Origin: Candidatus Methylomirabilia bacterium
Lineage (GTDB): Bacteria; Methylomirabilota; Methylomirabilia; Rokubacteriales; CSP1-6
Length of the DNA: 64,000 nt
Reading direction: 5' to 3'
Assembly: GCA_041490825.1 (NCBI GenBank)
Contig: JBGPTW010000001.1
Span: 9,478-73,477 of the forward strand
A program made the translations under genes and the position numbers. Positions 9,839 to 18,828 of the stretch are shown here, one piece after another. How positions within the stretch are numbered: the first letter of the stretch is position 1; every line of letters begins with the position of its first letter. The notes under the pieces are model-generated. The model made no database searches. It was not told the DNA's origin and worked only from the letters and a program-made list of their open reading frames with translations.

Positions 9839-10513
9839 CTACTTCAAGTTTTTCCGGAAGAATGCGAGCGTTCGCCGCCAGGCATCGTCGGCGGCGGGTT
9901 TGTTGTAGACGTCGGCACGCTCGTCGTTGAAGAAGGCGTGATCCACGCCTGGATAGATGTGGATCTCGGACTGCTTGCCCGCCTTCTTGACGGCCGCGTC
10001 GACGTCCTTTGCCACCTGCGGTGTCACGAAGCCGTCCTTTTCCGCGAACAGACCGAGGACCGGGCCGGACAGCTTCGAGTAGTCGGGCTTCACGTTGGGA
10101 TGGATGCCGTAGAAGTTGACCGTGGCGCCCACCGACGGGTTCAGCGTCGCCGCGAACAGCGCGAGCTGCCCGCCCATGCAGAAGCCGACCGCGCCGATCT
10201 TCGAGGTCGAGGAATGCTGCGCCAGATACTGGGTGGCGCCACGCAGATCCTTCTCGGCCTGCGCGATGTTGAGCGCCATGAACAGCTTGCCCGCCCCATC
10301 CGGCTCGTCCGCCGTCCGGCCATGGTACATGTCGGGCGCCAGCGCGCTGACGCCTTCGGCGGCGAAGCGGTCACACACATTCTTGATGTGACCCACGAGG
10401 CCCCACCACTCCTGGATGACGAGCACCCCCGGTCCCTTGCCGCTCACCGGCGTCGCGAGATAGGCGGACGTCTTCGTGCCGTTCGACGGGAACTCCACCA
10501 TTTTGCCGGCCAT
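9839..10513 (-). CDS. dienelactone hydrolase family protein
   Basis: QEWWGL, GFCMGG nucleophile, YPGVDHAFFND. Confidence 0.93.
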   Translation of the reverse strand: MAGKMVEFPSNGTKTSAYLATPVSGKGPGVLVIQEWWGLVGHIKNVCDRFAAEGVSALAPDMYHGRTADEPDGAGKLFMALNIAQAEKDLRGATQYLAQHSSTSKIGAVGFCMGGQLALFAATLNPSVGATVNFYGIHPNVKPDYSKLSGPVLGLFAEKDGFVTPQVAKDVDAAVKKAGKQSEIHIYPGVDHAFFNDERADVYNKPAADDAWRRTLAFFRKNLK

Positions 10514-10537
10514 GGGGTACGCCTCCTTTAGAGTTTT

Positions 10538-10586
10538 GCTCGCCTCGAACGGCGGGGCCCAGCCCCGCGACGTTCTGCGGCTCGCC
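10538..10586. repeat. small hairpin element flanked by GCTCGCC direct repeats
   Basis: GCTCGCC at 10538 and 10580; stem GAACG-GCGGGGC/GCCCCGC-CGTTC. Confidence 0.45.
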
Positions 10587-10592
10587 CTGCTG

Positions 10593-11861
10593 TCAGGTCG
10601 TCGTCGCTGTCGAGGGCGCTTCGGCGCCGGCGGGCCGCGCCGGCGCGATCTTCACTGCCATCACCCGACGCGTGTCAGCTTCCAGCACGGTGATCGCGTA
10701 TCCAGGGATCTGGAACTCCTCGCCCGTGCGAGGGATGCGGTGCAGGGTCGCGAGCACGAGACCCGCCACCGTCTCGTAGTCTTCCTTCGGCAAGCTCCAG
10801 TCCAGCTCTTCGTTCAGCTCGTCGATGTGGGTGCGCGCGGCGACCCAGTAGCTGCCGTCCGGAAGTCGCTCCACCGAGGCGGGCGTGCGATCGTGCTCGT
10901 CCTCGATCTCGCCGACGATCTCCTCGAGGACATCCTCCAAGGTCACGATGCCGGTGCTGCCGCCGTACTCGTCCACGACGATGGCCATGTGGCTGCGCGC
11001 GCGCTGCATCTCACGGAGCAGATCGTCGATCCGCTTGGTTTCCGGCACATAATACGGCTGCCGCATCAGCTCGTCCACCCGGCGGGCCTCGGCGCCGCCG
11101 CGAAGCAGATCCATGGCTGCCACCACGCCGACGATGTTCGTCTCGCGAGAGGTGAAGATCGGGATTCGCGAGAAGCCGCGTTCTTGCACGACCGCGACGG
11201 CATCGGTCGGCGAGGCAGTGACCGGAAGCATCACCACGTCGACGAGCGGCACCATGACTTCGCGCACGGTCGTGTCGCCGAGGTCGAAGATCTTGTCGAT
11301 CATCTCGGCCTCCTGCGACGTCACGTCGGCCTCGCCCGGATTCATCTGCAACAGCGCCTTCAGCTCTTCCCGCGACACGAACTGACGGACGGCCGCGGGC
11401 CGGGCCCCGAAGAGGCGAAGAAGCATCGAGACCACCGTGTTGGCGAGCGAGACGATCGGCGCCATCACCAGGCCCGCCCAGGTGAGGGGCCGGTAGAGCT
11501 TGAGGATCAGGGTCGTAGCCCACTCGCGCCCAATGGCCTTCGGGATGATTTCACCGAACACGAGCATGACGGGCGTGAGGCCGGCGGTGACGACCAGCGG
11601 GGCGACTCCGCCGAGGACGGGGAGAAGGCCGGCCGTGGCTGTCGAGGACGCCACGATGTGCGCAATGGTCACACCCATCATCGCGGCGGACAGGGCCCGC
11701 TCGGGTCGACGGAACGCCTCGAGATATCGCTGCGCGATCTCGTGACCTTCGGCCGCGAGGTGCCGGATCTTCACGCGGTTGGCGGCGATGAATGCCATCT
11801 CCACCGCCGAGAAGAACATGGCGGCCACGAGGCAGAGCGCCACGACGGCGAGGAGCAGCAT
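10593..11861 (-). CDS. hemolysin/CNNM (DUF21-CBS-CorC) family protein
   Basis: [41 protein letters not shown]; ATG overlaps the upstream TGA. Confidence 0.93.
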   Translation of the reverse strand: MLLLAVVALCLVAAMFFSAVEMAFIAANRVKIRHLAAEGHEIAQRYLEAFRRPERALSAAMMGVTIAHIVASSTATAGLLPVLGGVAPLVVTAGLTPVMLVFGEIIPKAIGREWATTLILKLYRPLTWAGLVMAPIVSLANTVVSMLLRLFGARPAAVRQFVSREELKALLQMNPGEADVTSQEAEMIDKIFDLGDTTVREVMVPLVDVVMLPVTASPTDAVAVVQERGFSRIPIFTSRETNIVGVVAAMDLLRGGAEARRVDELMRQPYYVPETKRIDDLLREMQRARSHMAIVVDEYGGSTGIVTLEDVLEEIVGEIEDEHDRTPASVERLPDGSYWVAARTHIDELNEELDWSLPKEDYETVAGLVLATLHRIPRTGEEFQIPGYAITVLEADTRRVMAVKIAPARPAGAEAPSTATTT

Positions 11862-13138
11862 CAGGCGGCCGCCTCGCCCTGATGGCTGAGCTTGCGAAGC
11901 GCCACCAGCACCTCGACGATCCGCGTGCGCTCCACCTTCTCGACCGTTACCGTGAGCTCGGGGGTCTCGGCGCGCTCGGCCATGCGCGGGACGCGCCCGA
12001 ACAAGTCGAGCACCCACCCGCCGACCGTGTCGTAACTCTGGTTCGATATCGACAACCCGGTGGCGACGTTGAGGTCTTCGATCGGCAGTTTCCCGGCCAC
12101 CCGGTACGTCGTCGCGTCCAGGCGCTGGATGAGTCGCTCTGGCTCGTCGTACTCGTCGGCAATCTCGCCCACGACCTCCTCCAGGAGGTCCTCCAGCGAG
12201 ATCAGGCCGGCCGTACCCCCGTACTCGTCCACCACGATCGCCATGTGAAGCTTCTTGGCCTGGAACTCCTGGAGGAGCGTGTCGGCCCGCTTCGACTCGG
12301 GCACGAAGTATGGGGGGTGGAGGCGCGCGCGGAGCTCGAAGTCTGCTGGTAGTCCGCCCATGTATGGCAGAAGATCCTTGGTGTAGAGGACGCCAACGAT
12401 CACGTCGATCGATCCCTCGTACACCGGCACCCGGGAGTGCAGGTTTTCCCGGAGAGCGGGAAGAATCTGATCGCTTGGCATTTCGACGTCGAGGCAGAAC
12501 ATGTCGGTTCGCGGCACCATCAGGGACCGTACGAGCGTGTCCTCGAGCTCGAAGACCTTGTGGATCATCTCGCGCTCTTCGCGCTCGACGACTCCCTCGC
12601 TGGCTCCGACGTCGACCAGCGTGCGCAGCTCTTCCTCCGTCAGCTCCGGCTGCGCTTCGTTCTCCCGACCGACGAGCCGCACCGTGAGCGAGGTGAGGGC
12701 GCTCAGCACGATCCGCACGGGCGTCAGCAGCGTCTCCAGCCAGGCGACCGGTGTGCGCGCCCACGCGAGGAACCCCTCCGGCCGATTGACGGCAACCGTC
12801 ATCGGCAGGACCTCGCCGAAGGTCGTGAGGACCAGAACCATCGCGACGACGTCGACGATGACGGCAAAGCGATGGCCAACGAGCTCTTCCGCGAGTGTTG
12901 CTGCGACGGCCGTGGCGCCGATGTTGATCAGGGTGATTCCGACGAGGAGCGTCACGAGCAGGTCATGCGGCCGCTCGAGCATCGGGAGCTGACCCGAGCT
13001 GGGAGGCCCGTTACCCTTGAGATGCTTGAGCCGCGCTCGCCCCAGCGAGAAGTACGCCTTTTCGGCGCCGCTGAGGACCGCCGAGCAGGCGACGAGAACG
13101 ACCAGCGCGAGGACCCGAATGACGAATGTGTTCGACAC
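11861..13138 (-). CDS. hemolysin/CNNM (DUF21-CBS-CorC) family protein
   Basis: FGEVLP, MVPRTDM, HSRVPVY, VVDEYGGTAGLISLEDLLEEVVGEI. Confidence 0.93.
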   Translation of the reverse strand: MSNTFVIRVLALVVLVACSAVLSGAEKAYFSLGRARLKHLKGNGPPSSGQLPMLERPHDLLVTLLVGITLINIGATAVAATLAEELVGHRFAVIVDVVAMVLVLTTFGEVLPMTVAVNRPEGFLAWARTPVAWLETLLTPVRIVLSALTSLTVRLVGRENEAQPELTEEELRTLVDVGASEGVVEREEREMIHKVFELEDTLVRSLMVPRTDMFCLDVEMPSDQILPALRENLHSRVPVYEGSIDVIVGVLYTKDLLPYMGGLPADFELRARLHPPYFVPESKRADTLLQEFQAKKLHMAIVVDEYGGTAGLISLEDLLEEVVGEIADEYDEPERLIQRLDATTYRVAGKLPIEDLNVATGLSISNQSYDTVGGWVLDLFGRVPRMAERAETPELTVTVEKVERTRIVEVLVALRKLSHQGEAAA

Positions 13139-13139
13139 G

Positions 13140-14156
13140 TCAGTGGCGGGTCGCGAAGTGCTCGAAGCCCGCAGCCACTGTCACGACGCGCCCGCCGTGG
13201 TCGATGAAGCTGACTCCAGCAGCGGCGTTCACGATCTCGCCGACGGCGTGAAGCCGAGTCCCCGCGGCTCGCTCCAGACCGTCACTCAGACGCATCAGCG
13301 CCGCCGGGTCGCAAGTCAGGAGCAGCTCATAGTCCTCGCCGCCGCCCGCGATCCACGGTACAGGATCCTGCCCGAGCGCGTCGGCGAGCTGCCGGGTCCC
13401 GGCGCTGATCGGGATCCGATCCAGCCGGACGACCGCGCCGACCGCACTTTCTGCGGCGATGTGACCGAGATCCGTGACGAGGCCATCGGAGAGATCGATC
13501 ATCGCGCTGACGCCCCCGGCTGCGCCGAGCCACTGACCTTCCCTCGTGCGGGGGCGCGGTCGAAGGTGCGCGGTCGTCACGTCGGCGAGCGCGTCTGCGG
13601 GAATGCCTGCGGGCGCGGATTCGCGTTCGAGAAGCGCCAGCCCGGCGGCCGCACGACCTAATGGACCAGTGACCGCAATGAGGTCGCCCTCTCGCGCCGT
13701 AGAGCGCAGGACCGGTTGGACGGCATCGCCGAGCAGCGTGACGTTCACGACCCAGCCAGCGGCCGACTCGGTCGTGTCGCCGCCGACGACCGCTGTCTCG
13801 GAGTCGCGCGCGAGTGCCAGCATCCCTTCGTAGAACGCTTCGACCTCTTCAGCGCGCGTGTCGGCGGGACATGCGAGTGCGACGAGCGCCCAGCGCGGTC
13901 GACCGCCCATGGCAGCGATGTCGGACAGGTTGACAGCCAGGGACTTCCATCCGATGTCCGCGGGCTCGGCGTACCGTCGGCGGAAGTGCGTTCCTTCGAG
14001 CAGAAGGTCGGTGGTGGCGAGGAGAACCGTTCCCGGCTCCGGCCGCAGCACGGCGCAATCGTCACCGATCCCCACGATCACTCCGGGCACGGCACCACGC
14101 ATGGACCGGCGGATGCCCGCAATCACACCGGCCTCGGTCACGCGCTTGGCGGTCAT
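13140..14156 (-). CDS. thiL: thiamine-monophosphate kinase
   Basis: GIGDDCAV, NLSDIAAMG, VGGDT, IDLSDGL, GGEDYEL. Confidence 0.96.
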   Translation of the reverse strand: MTAKRVTEAGVIAGIRRSMRGAVPGVIVGIGDDCAVLRPEPGTVLLATTDLLLEGTHFRRRYAEPADIGWKSLAVNLSDIAAMGGRPRWALVALACPADTRAEEVEAFYEGMLALARDSETAVVGGDTTESAAGWVVNVTLLGDAVQPVLRSTAREGDLIAVTGPLGRAAAGLALLERESAPAGIPADALADVTTAHLRPRPRTREGQWLGAAGGVSAMIDLSDGLVTDLGHIAAESAVGAVVRLDRIPISAGTRQLADALGQDPVPWIAGGGEDYELLLTCDPAALMRLSDGLERAAGTRLHAVGEIVNAAAGVSFIDHGGRVVTVAAGFEHFATRH

Positions 14157-14251
14157 CGCGCTCTACCCGCCAGGAAGTCCTCGCGGGCTCGAGAGATCTT
14201 GGAAGGCTAAACCGGCGGTACTAATTGCCTGCCGTGGTTGCGACGAGCCGC

Positions 14252-14581
14252 TCAGGCGAGGGCGTCGAGCTTCTTCTGCAACTGCGCCTTCGGCACGGCG
14301 CCGACGACCTGGTCGGCCACCTTTCCCTGCTTGACGAGCAGGATGGTCGGGATCGAGCGAATCCCATAGCGAGCGGCCAGTCCCGGGTTCTCGTCGACGT
14401 TGACCTTGGCCAGGGTCAGTGCCCCCCCGGATTCCCGAGCCAAGTCGTCCAGGACAGGCGCGATCTGCCGGCACGGCCCGCACCATTCCGCCCAGAAGTC
14501 CACCATCATGATTCCCTGCTGGGCGGCGAGGGCCTCATCGAAGTTCTGCTCGGTCAGGTGGAGGGTAGCCTCGTCCGGCAT
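14252..14581 (-). CDS. trxA: thioredoxin
   Basis: DFWAEWCGPC, IRSIPT. Confidence 0.97.
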   Translation of the reverse strand: MPDEATLHLTEQNFDEALAAQQGIMMVDFWAEWCGPCRQIAPVLDDLARESGGALTLAKVNVDENPGLAARYGIRSIPTILLVKQGKVADQVVGAVPKAQLQKKLDALA

Positions 14582-14614
14582 AGGTTGTCTCCTCGAATAA
14601 AAAGGCCAACAGCC

Positions 14615-14643
14615 ACGGTAACATGCCGATCGGCTTGGTGCAA
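14615..14643 (-). promoter_or_regulatory. sigma70-type promoter of trxA
   Basis: Minus strand TTGCAC-N17-TACCGT with TG extension. Confidence 0.45.
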
Positions 14644-14690
14644 GGTCGCTCGTCCTGGCCCGTCCTGCCCGGAAGAATGCCTTGTCACTT

Positions 14691-14706
14691 TGGCACCCGG
14701 TCTGTT
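14691..14706 (+). promoter_or_regulatory. sigma54-like promoter (-24 TGGCAC, -12 variant TGTT)
   Basis: TGGCACCCGGTCTGTT; GG-N10-GT. Confidence 0.45.
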
Positions 14707-14718
14707 AGAGTCCTTAGC

Positions 14719-16071
14719 GTGGAACCGGCGAAGATCCTCGTCGTTGACGACGAGACCTCCATCCTCATGCTGTTGAAGGAAGCGCTCAGCAAGTGGGGGT
14801 ATCACGTCACGACCGCGAGCACGGGCTCGGAGGCGCTGGAAGTCATCCGCAGCGGCCTCTTCGATGCTGCCCTCATGGACGTGCGCATGCCGGACATGAA
14901 CGGGCTGGATCTTCTCAGAGCCGTCAAGGCTCAGGACGAGTCCATCGAAGTCGTCATCATGACGGGCTACCCGACGATTTCCTCCGCGGTCGAGGCATTA
15001 AAAGAAGGCGCGTACGATTATCTGTCGAAGCCCTTGATCCTGGACGAGCTACGGCACCTGATGGGCCGGTTGATGGAGCGCCGGTTCCTGCGCGGCGAGA
15101 TCCACTCCCTCCGTGCTCGGCTCGGCGAGGAGTTGACGGTCAGCGAGCTCATCGGGAACTCGCCGCCCATGCAGTACGTGAAGGACGTCATCAGCAAGGT
15201 CGCCGTGACGGACTCACCGGTTCTGATCGAAGGCGAGAGCGGCACCGGCAAGGAGCTCGTGGCGGCGGCGATCCATCGCCTTTCTGAACGCGCCAAGCGG
15301 CCGTTCATCCCCGTCAATTGCAGCGCGATTCCGGCGGATCTGCTCGAGTCCGAGTTCTTCGGCCATGTCCGCGGCGCGTTCTCGGGCGCCGTCGCTGACG
15401 CACTCGGGCTGTTTCGTAGCGCCAACGAAGGCACGATCTTCCTGGACGAGATTGCCGAGCTGCCACCGTCGCTCCAAGTGAAGCTGCTGCGTGTGCTGCA
15501 AGAGATGCAAGTACGCCCGGTCGGTTCGACGAAAGCGTACCCGGTGGACGTCCGGGTCATCGCCGCCACGAATCGGAACCTTGAACAGGCGATGACCGAG
15601 GGGACATTCCGGCAGGACCTGTTCTATCGGCTGAACGTCGTCCGCATCAGCCTCCCGCGACTCCGTGATCGGCAGGACGACATCCCTGCGCTCGTCAATC
15701 ATTTCCTCAGGCGGTTCAATCGTCGGTTTCGTCGCGACGTCCGCGGCGTGACGGCCGAAGCCATGGCCGTCCTCGCGGCGTATGAGTTCCCGGGCAATGT
15801 GCGCGAGCTCGAGAACCTCATGGAGCGCGCGTTTGCAATGGGCGCGCGCGATCAGATCACGATCGCCGATCTGGCGACGGTGGTCCGGCCCGTCACGTCG
15901 ACACCACCAGCAATGTCGTCGAAAGGCATTCCCACACTCGCCGAGGTCGAGAAGGACCTGATTCTCAAGGCCCTGTCCGTGTTCAAGAACGACAAAGAGG
16001 CGGCTGCACGCGCGCTGGGACTGTCCCGCCGGACGATTTACCGCCGTCTCAAGGAGTACGGGATCCTGTAA
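14719..16071 (+). CDS. sigma54-dependent NtrC-family response regulator (REC-AAA+-Fis HTH)
   Basis: VDDE...DVRMP receiver, GESGTGKE, ESEFFGH.RGAFSGA, FLDEI, FPGNVREL, HTH. Confidence 0.96.
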   Translation: MEPAKILVVDDETSILMLLKEALSKWGYHVTTASTGSEALEVIRSGLFDAALMDVRMPDMNGLDLLRAVKAQDESIEVVIMTGYPTISSAVEALKEGAYDYLSKPLILDELRHLMGRLMERRFLRGEIHSLRARLGEELTVSELIGNSPPMQYVKDVISKVAVTDSPVLIEGESGTGKELVAAAIHRLSERAKRPFIPVNCSAIPADLLESEFFGHVRGAFSGAVADALGLFRSANEGTIFLDEIAELPPSLQVKLLRVLQEMQVRPVGSTKAYPVDVRVIAATNRNLEQAMTEGTFRQDLFYRLNVVRISLPRLRDRQDDIPALVNHFLRRFNRRFRRDVRGVTAEAMAVLAAYEFPGNVRELENLMERAFAMGARDQITIADLATVVRPVTSTPPAMSSKGIPTLAEVEKDLILKALSVFKNDKEAAARALGLSRRTIYRRLKEYGIL

Positions 16072-16081
16072 CGCCCCCGGT

Positions 16082-16135
16082 TGTCGGACCAGCGAGACGG
16101 GTGACGAACTGTCCGTCGCTGGTGCCCGGCCGACA
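16082..16135. other. imperfect inverted repeat after the regulator stop (terminator or activator site)
   Basis: TGTCGG-ACCAGCGA-GACGG ... CCGTC-GCTGGT ... CCGACA. Confidence 0.35.
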
Positions 16136-16187
16136 CCTCTGACGCCCGACAGCACGGCAAAGCATTAAAATCATGTATCTTTCGGTC

Positions 16188-16203
16188 TGGCACCCTGTCT
16201 GCA
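16188..16203 (+). promoter_or_regulatory. sigma54 -24/-12 promoter
   Basis: TGGCACCCTGTCTGCA gives GG-N10-GC. An AT-rich, possibly IHF-binding tract lies at about 16160-16182. Confidence 0.7.
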
Positions 16204-16216
16204 CTCTGGTAGCGGC

Positions 16217-17218
16217 ATGATTCAGACGTCTCCGCTCCAGTCTTCTCAGGGCGCGATCGTGCGCTCTTCTCAGGGCGCGATCGTGCGCTCTTCTCAGGGC
16301 TCGACGCTGCGTGCAAGTACGGGCTTCAGTGACCATCCTGATTCTCTTCAAGCGGGCTCGCGAGCCGCTGACGCCGCGCGTCTCGGCCTCGGAGGGGCCG
16401 TGCCTCAGCTGGCACTGGTCGTCACGGCGGGTCCTCGGACGATCGATCCCACGTCCGCAGTCCGTGAGGTGCTCGGTCCTGTTCAAATCGCCGGTGGGGC
16501 AGCCTCGGCACTTCTCACCGATAGTGGACCGATGATGGATGGAACGCTCATCGTCGCCATCGCGCTCGACGGTGACGCGGCGAGCGGTGTTGCGTCCGCC
16601 TCCGGACGGGACCTGACCGAAGCCGGTCGTGCCGCCGCCAGGATCGTGATGGCGGGATGGCCGTTTCGCCTTCGCTATCCCCGCGGTCTCGGCATCGGCT
16701 TCGCAGCGCCGGTTGCAGGGTCGTCACTGCTCCATTTCCTCGAGGCTTGGCGGCAGTTCATGGGCCCGAAGATGCGCACGGTGTGTGGTGTCCTCCCACA
16801 TGCGATCACCTACGGTTCCGCGAAGGCCGGCGCGGTGGCGAGCGTTGTCGCGCTCGAAGCGTCTTACACGACCGGCCTCGGTTACGCGGAAGGGTTCGTG
16901 GCTGGCGAACCACTTCCCGCCGCGGATGTGCTGATCCAGGGGACTGCCGATGCCGTGAACACCGCGCTCAAACGCCTCGATGAGGGATCGGCGCGCCTCG
17001 CGATCGTGCTCGAGAGCGCATCGCGGCGAGAAGCGCTCGGAGCGGCAGCGGCCGCCGAGTGGGCTCGAGTCCAGTTCGTCGTCGGCGAGCAGGCGCCGTG
17101 CGTGGGCTGGGTGTGCGAGCGAGTGGCTGGCTACGGGCGCGGTATCCAGCCTGTGGACGAGCCCGGGTCGCTCGTAGTCGCCGCTATTGGTGATCCGCCG
17201 TCGGCCCGGCTCACGTAG
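16217..17218 (+). CDS. FIST-like signalling domain protein (degenerate)
   Basis: N-terminal STGFSDHPDSLQAG..AA..A...P.LALV and C-terminal SASRREALG...E...V...P.VGW resemble FIST_N and FIST_C. Confidence 0.55.
   Translation: MIQTSPLQSSQGAIVRSSQGAIVRSSQGSTLRASTGFSDHPDSLQAGSRAADAARLGLGGAVPQLALVVTAGPRTIDPTSAVREVLGPVQIAGGAASALLTDSGPMMDGTLIVAIALDGDAASGVASASGRDLTEAGRAAARIVMAGWPFRLRYPRGLGIGFAAPVAGSSLLHFLEAWRQFMGPKMRTVCGVLPHAITYGSAKAGAVASVVALEASYTTGLGYAEGFVAGEPLPAADVLIQGTADAVNTALKRLDEGSARLAIVLESASRREALGAAAAAEWARVQFVVGEQAPCVGWVCERVAGYGRGIQPVDEPGSLVVAAIGDPPSARLT
16241..16300 (+). repeat. 24-bp in-frame tandem repeat x2.5 (SSQGAIVR)
   Basis: TCTTCTCAGGGCGCGATCGTGCGC at 16241 and 16265, partial copy at 16289. 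Confidence 0.95.
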
Positions 17219-17787
17219 CCTTCCTCGAGATCTCGCGCGATGAGCTCCGGGTCACGGAGGTCCGGACGGCCGTAGCCGCCTCCGCCAGGTAAGCGCGCCT
17301 CGACCAGAACGCCGGGGGCGAGCAGTTGCTCGGCCTTCGGGTTGGCGGGCGGTGCTCCGTCGATCAGCACCGCTCCTCGCGCGCCGGTACCGCCACCGAG
17401 AAATCCGGCAGCCGGTGTTCGCGTGCGGTCGCCGAGCACCGAGCAGACGAACGGCTCACCTGTCCGTACCCGAAACGCGATGGTCTGGCCGAGCCCGCCC
17501 CGATACTTGCCCGGACCACCTGAGTCCTCGCGGAGAGTCTTCCGCTCCACGATGAGAGGTGAGAGGCTCTCGATGACCTCCACCGGCGTGCCGTGCGCCA
17601 CCGCATGGACCATCCTCGCCGGGACGGCCGCGTCGCCGAGCAACGTCTGGGTCGCCTGCTCGACCGCGTGCGCGGGATCCTTCGGCGTGGTGAGGATCTT
17701 GCCGACGTGCATCCGGCCGGTCGATTCGTCGACGAGCACGATGTCGGTGAATGTCCCGCCGATATCGACCCCGATCCGCGCCGACAT
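17131..17787 (-). pseudogene. in-frame fusion of hydantoinase/oxoprolinase A N-terminus and B C-terminus
   Basis: IGVDIGGTFTD...TTPKDP...HGT joins PVEVIE...DSGGPGKYRGGLG...PGGGGYG.P..RDP; only 218 aa. Confidence 0.8.
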
Positions 17788-17810
17788 GGGCGCAGTGTAC
17801 CAGAGCGAGT

Positions 17811-18803
17811 TCAGCTCGGCGCTCGGGTCCCGCTCGCGGCCCAGCTGTTGGCGTGATGCCACCGCAGCGAGTCGAGACGCAGCGCGCCGGCTCGGAAGCA
17901 TGCTTCGACCTCGCCGCGCGACATGTAATGGGCCACGGGCGCCAGGAGCTGGTCGAACGCGATCGAGTGGATCTCCCGGAAGGGAAAGGGCGCCAGATCG
18001 GAGAGGTAGCTCTGATATGGCAGGAGCGAGCGCAGCCATCGCCGCGAGCGTGCAGGCCCGTACAACGTCCGGATCGCCGCCCACAGCGGTGCGCTGAATC
18101 CCCAGGCCAGCGCGCTCACGATCGGCAGCGGCAGACGGCGCGTGGCTCGCCGGGTCGGATCGACGAGCGCGAGCACCCAGCCGTTACCCTCGCGAGCATA
18201 GAGCCAGGCGACCAGCCGCCCACCCTCGACGAGCAGGGTCGCGAGGGCCCGAAATCCGTCGGCCGGCTCGGGAAGATGGTGGAGCACGCCGATGGAGTAC
18301 ACGAGATCGATCACGCCGGGTCTGATCGGCGGCCGTGTGAGATCGCCTTGCACCAGGTGGACGTTCGGCACGTCGGCGGTGTTGGACGCCGCCACGTCGA
18401 TGGCGGGGCCCAGATCGACGCCGATCACGTCTTCAGCGCCGAACTCGGCGGCAAGACGCAGGTGGCGCCCCTTGCCGCATCCCGCGTCCAGCACCCGGCG
18501 TCCCTGGAACGCCTTCGGCTCCACGGGCGCGATCCAGCCCCGGAACTGCTCCGCGTACTCCGACCGGATCTCGGCGAAGCGCGTCCACTCGTAGCCAAAG
18601 CGCGCCGCAGTTGCGGCCGCCGTGGCTTCGAGTGCGCCGGGGACGAGCCGCGGAATGCCGCGCGTGATCGGGTAGCCGCGGCCACACGCATCGCAGCGCA
18701 ATGTGCCCTCGTGGACCTCGTCGCCTTCGAGTCGTGTCGGCTCCAGCGAAAACGCCGTCCGACACAGCGGACAGGCAATCCAGGCAAGGAGTCGGGTCTT
18801 CAG
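17811..18803 (-). CDS. Trm112-like Zn-ribbon + class I SAM methyltransferase
   Basis: IACPLC...LRCDACGRGYPITRGIPR, FGYEW, LDAGCGKG, GVLHH. Probable CTG start at 18803 with GGAG SD. Confidence 0.85.
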   Translation of the reverse strand: MKTRLLAWIACPLCRTAFSLEPTRLEGDEVHEGTLRCDACGRGYPITRGIPRLVPGALEATAAATAARFGYEWTRFAEIRSEYAEQFRGWIAPVEPKAFQGRRVLDAGCGKGRHLRLAAEFGAEDVIGVDLGPAIDVAASNTADVPNVHLVQGDLTRPPIRPGVIDLVYSIGVLHHLPEPADGFRALATLLVEGGRLVAWLYAREGNGWVLALVDPTRRATRRLPLPIVSALAWGFSAPLWAAIRTLYGPARSRRWLRSLLPYQSYLSDLAPFPFREIHSIAFDQLLAPVAHYMSRGEVEACFRAGALRLDSLRWHHANSWAASGTRAPS

Positions 18804-18828
18804 CGATCGTTCTCCGGATTTCGCGCAC

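Noticed and set aside
14157-14251. TPP riboswitch upstream of thiL (also checked upstream of thiE)
   Set aside because: No CTGAGA/ACCTG core was found.
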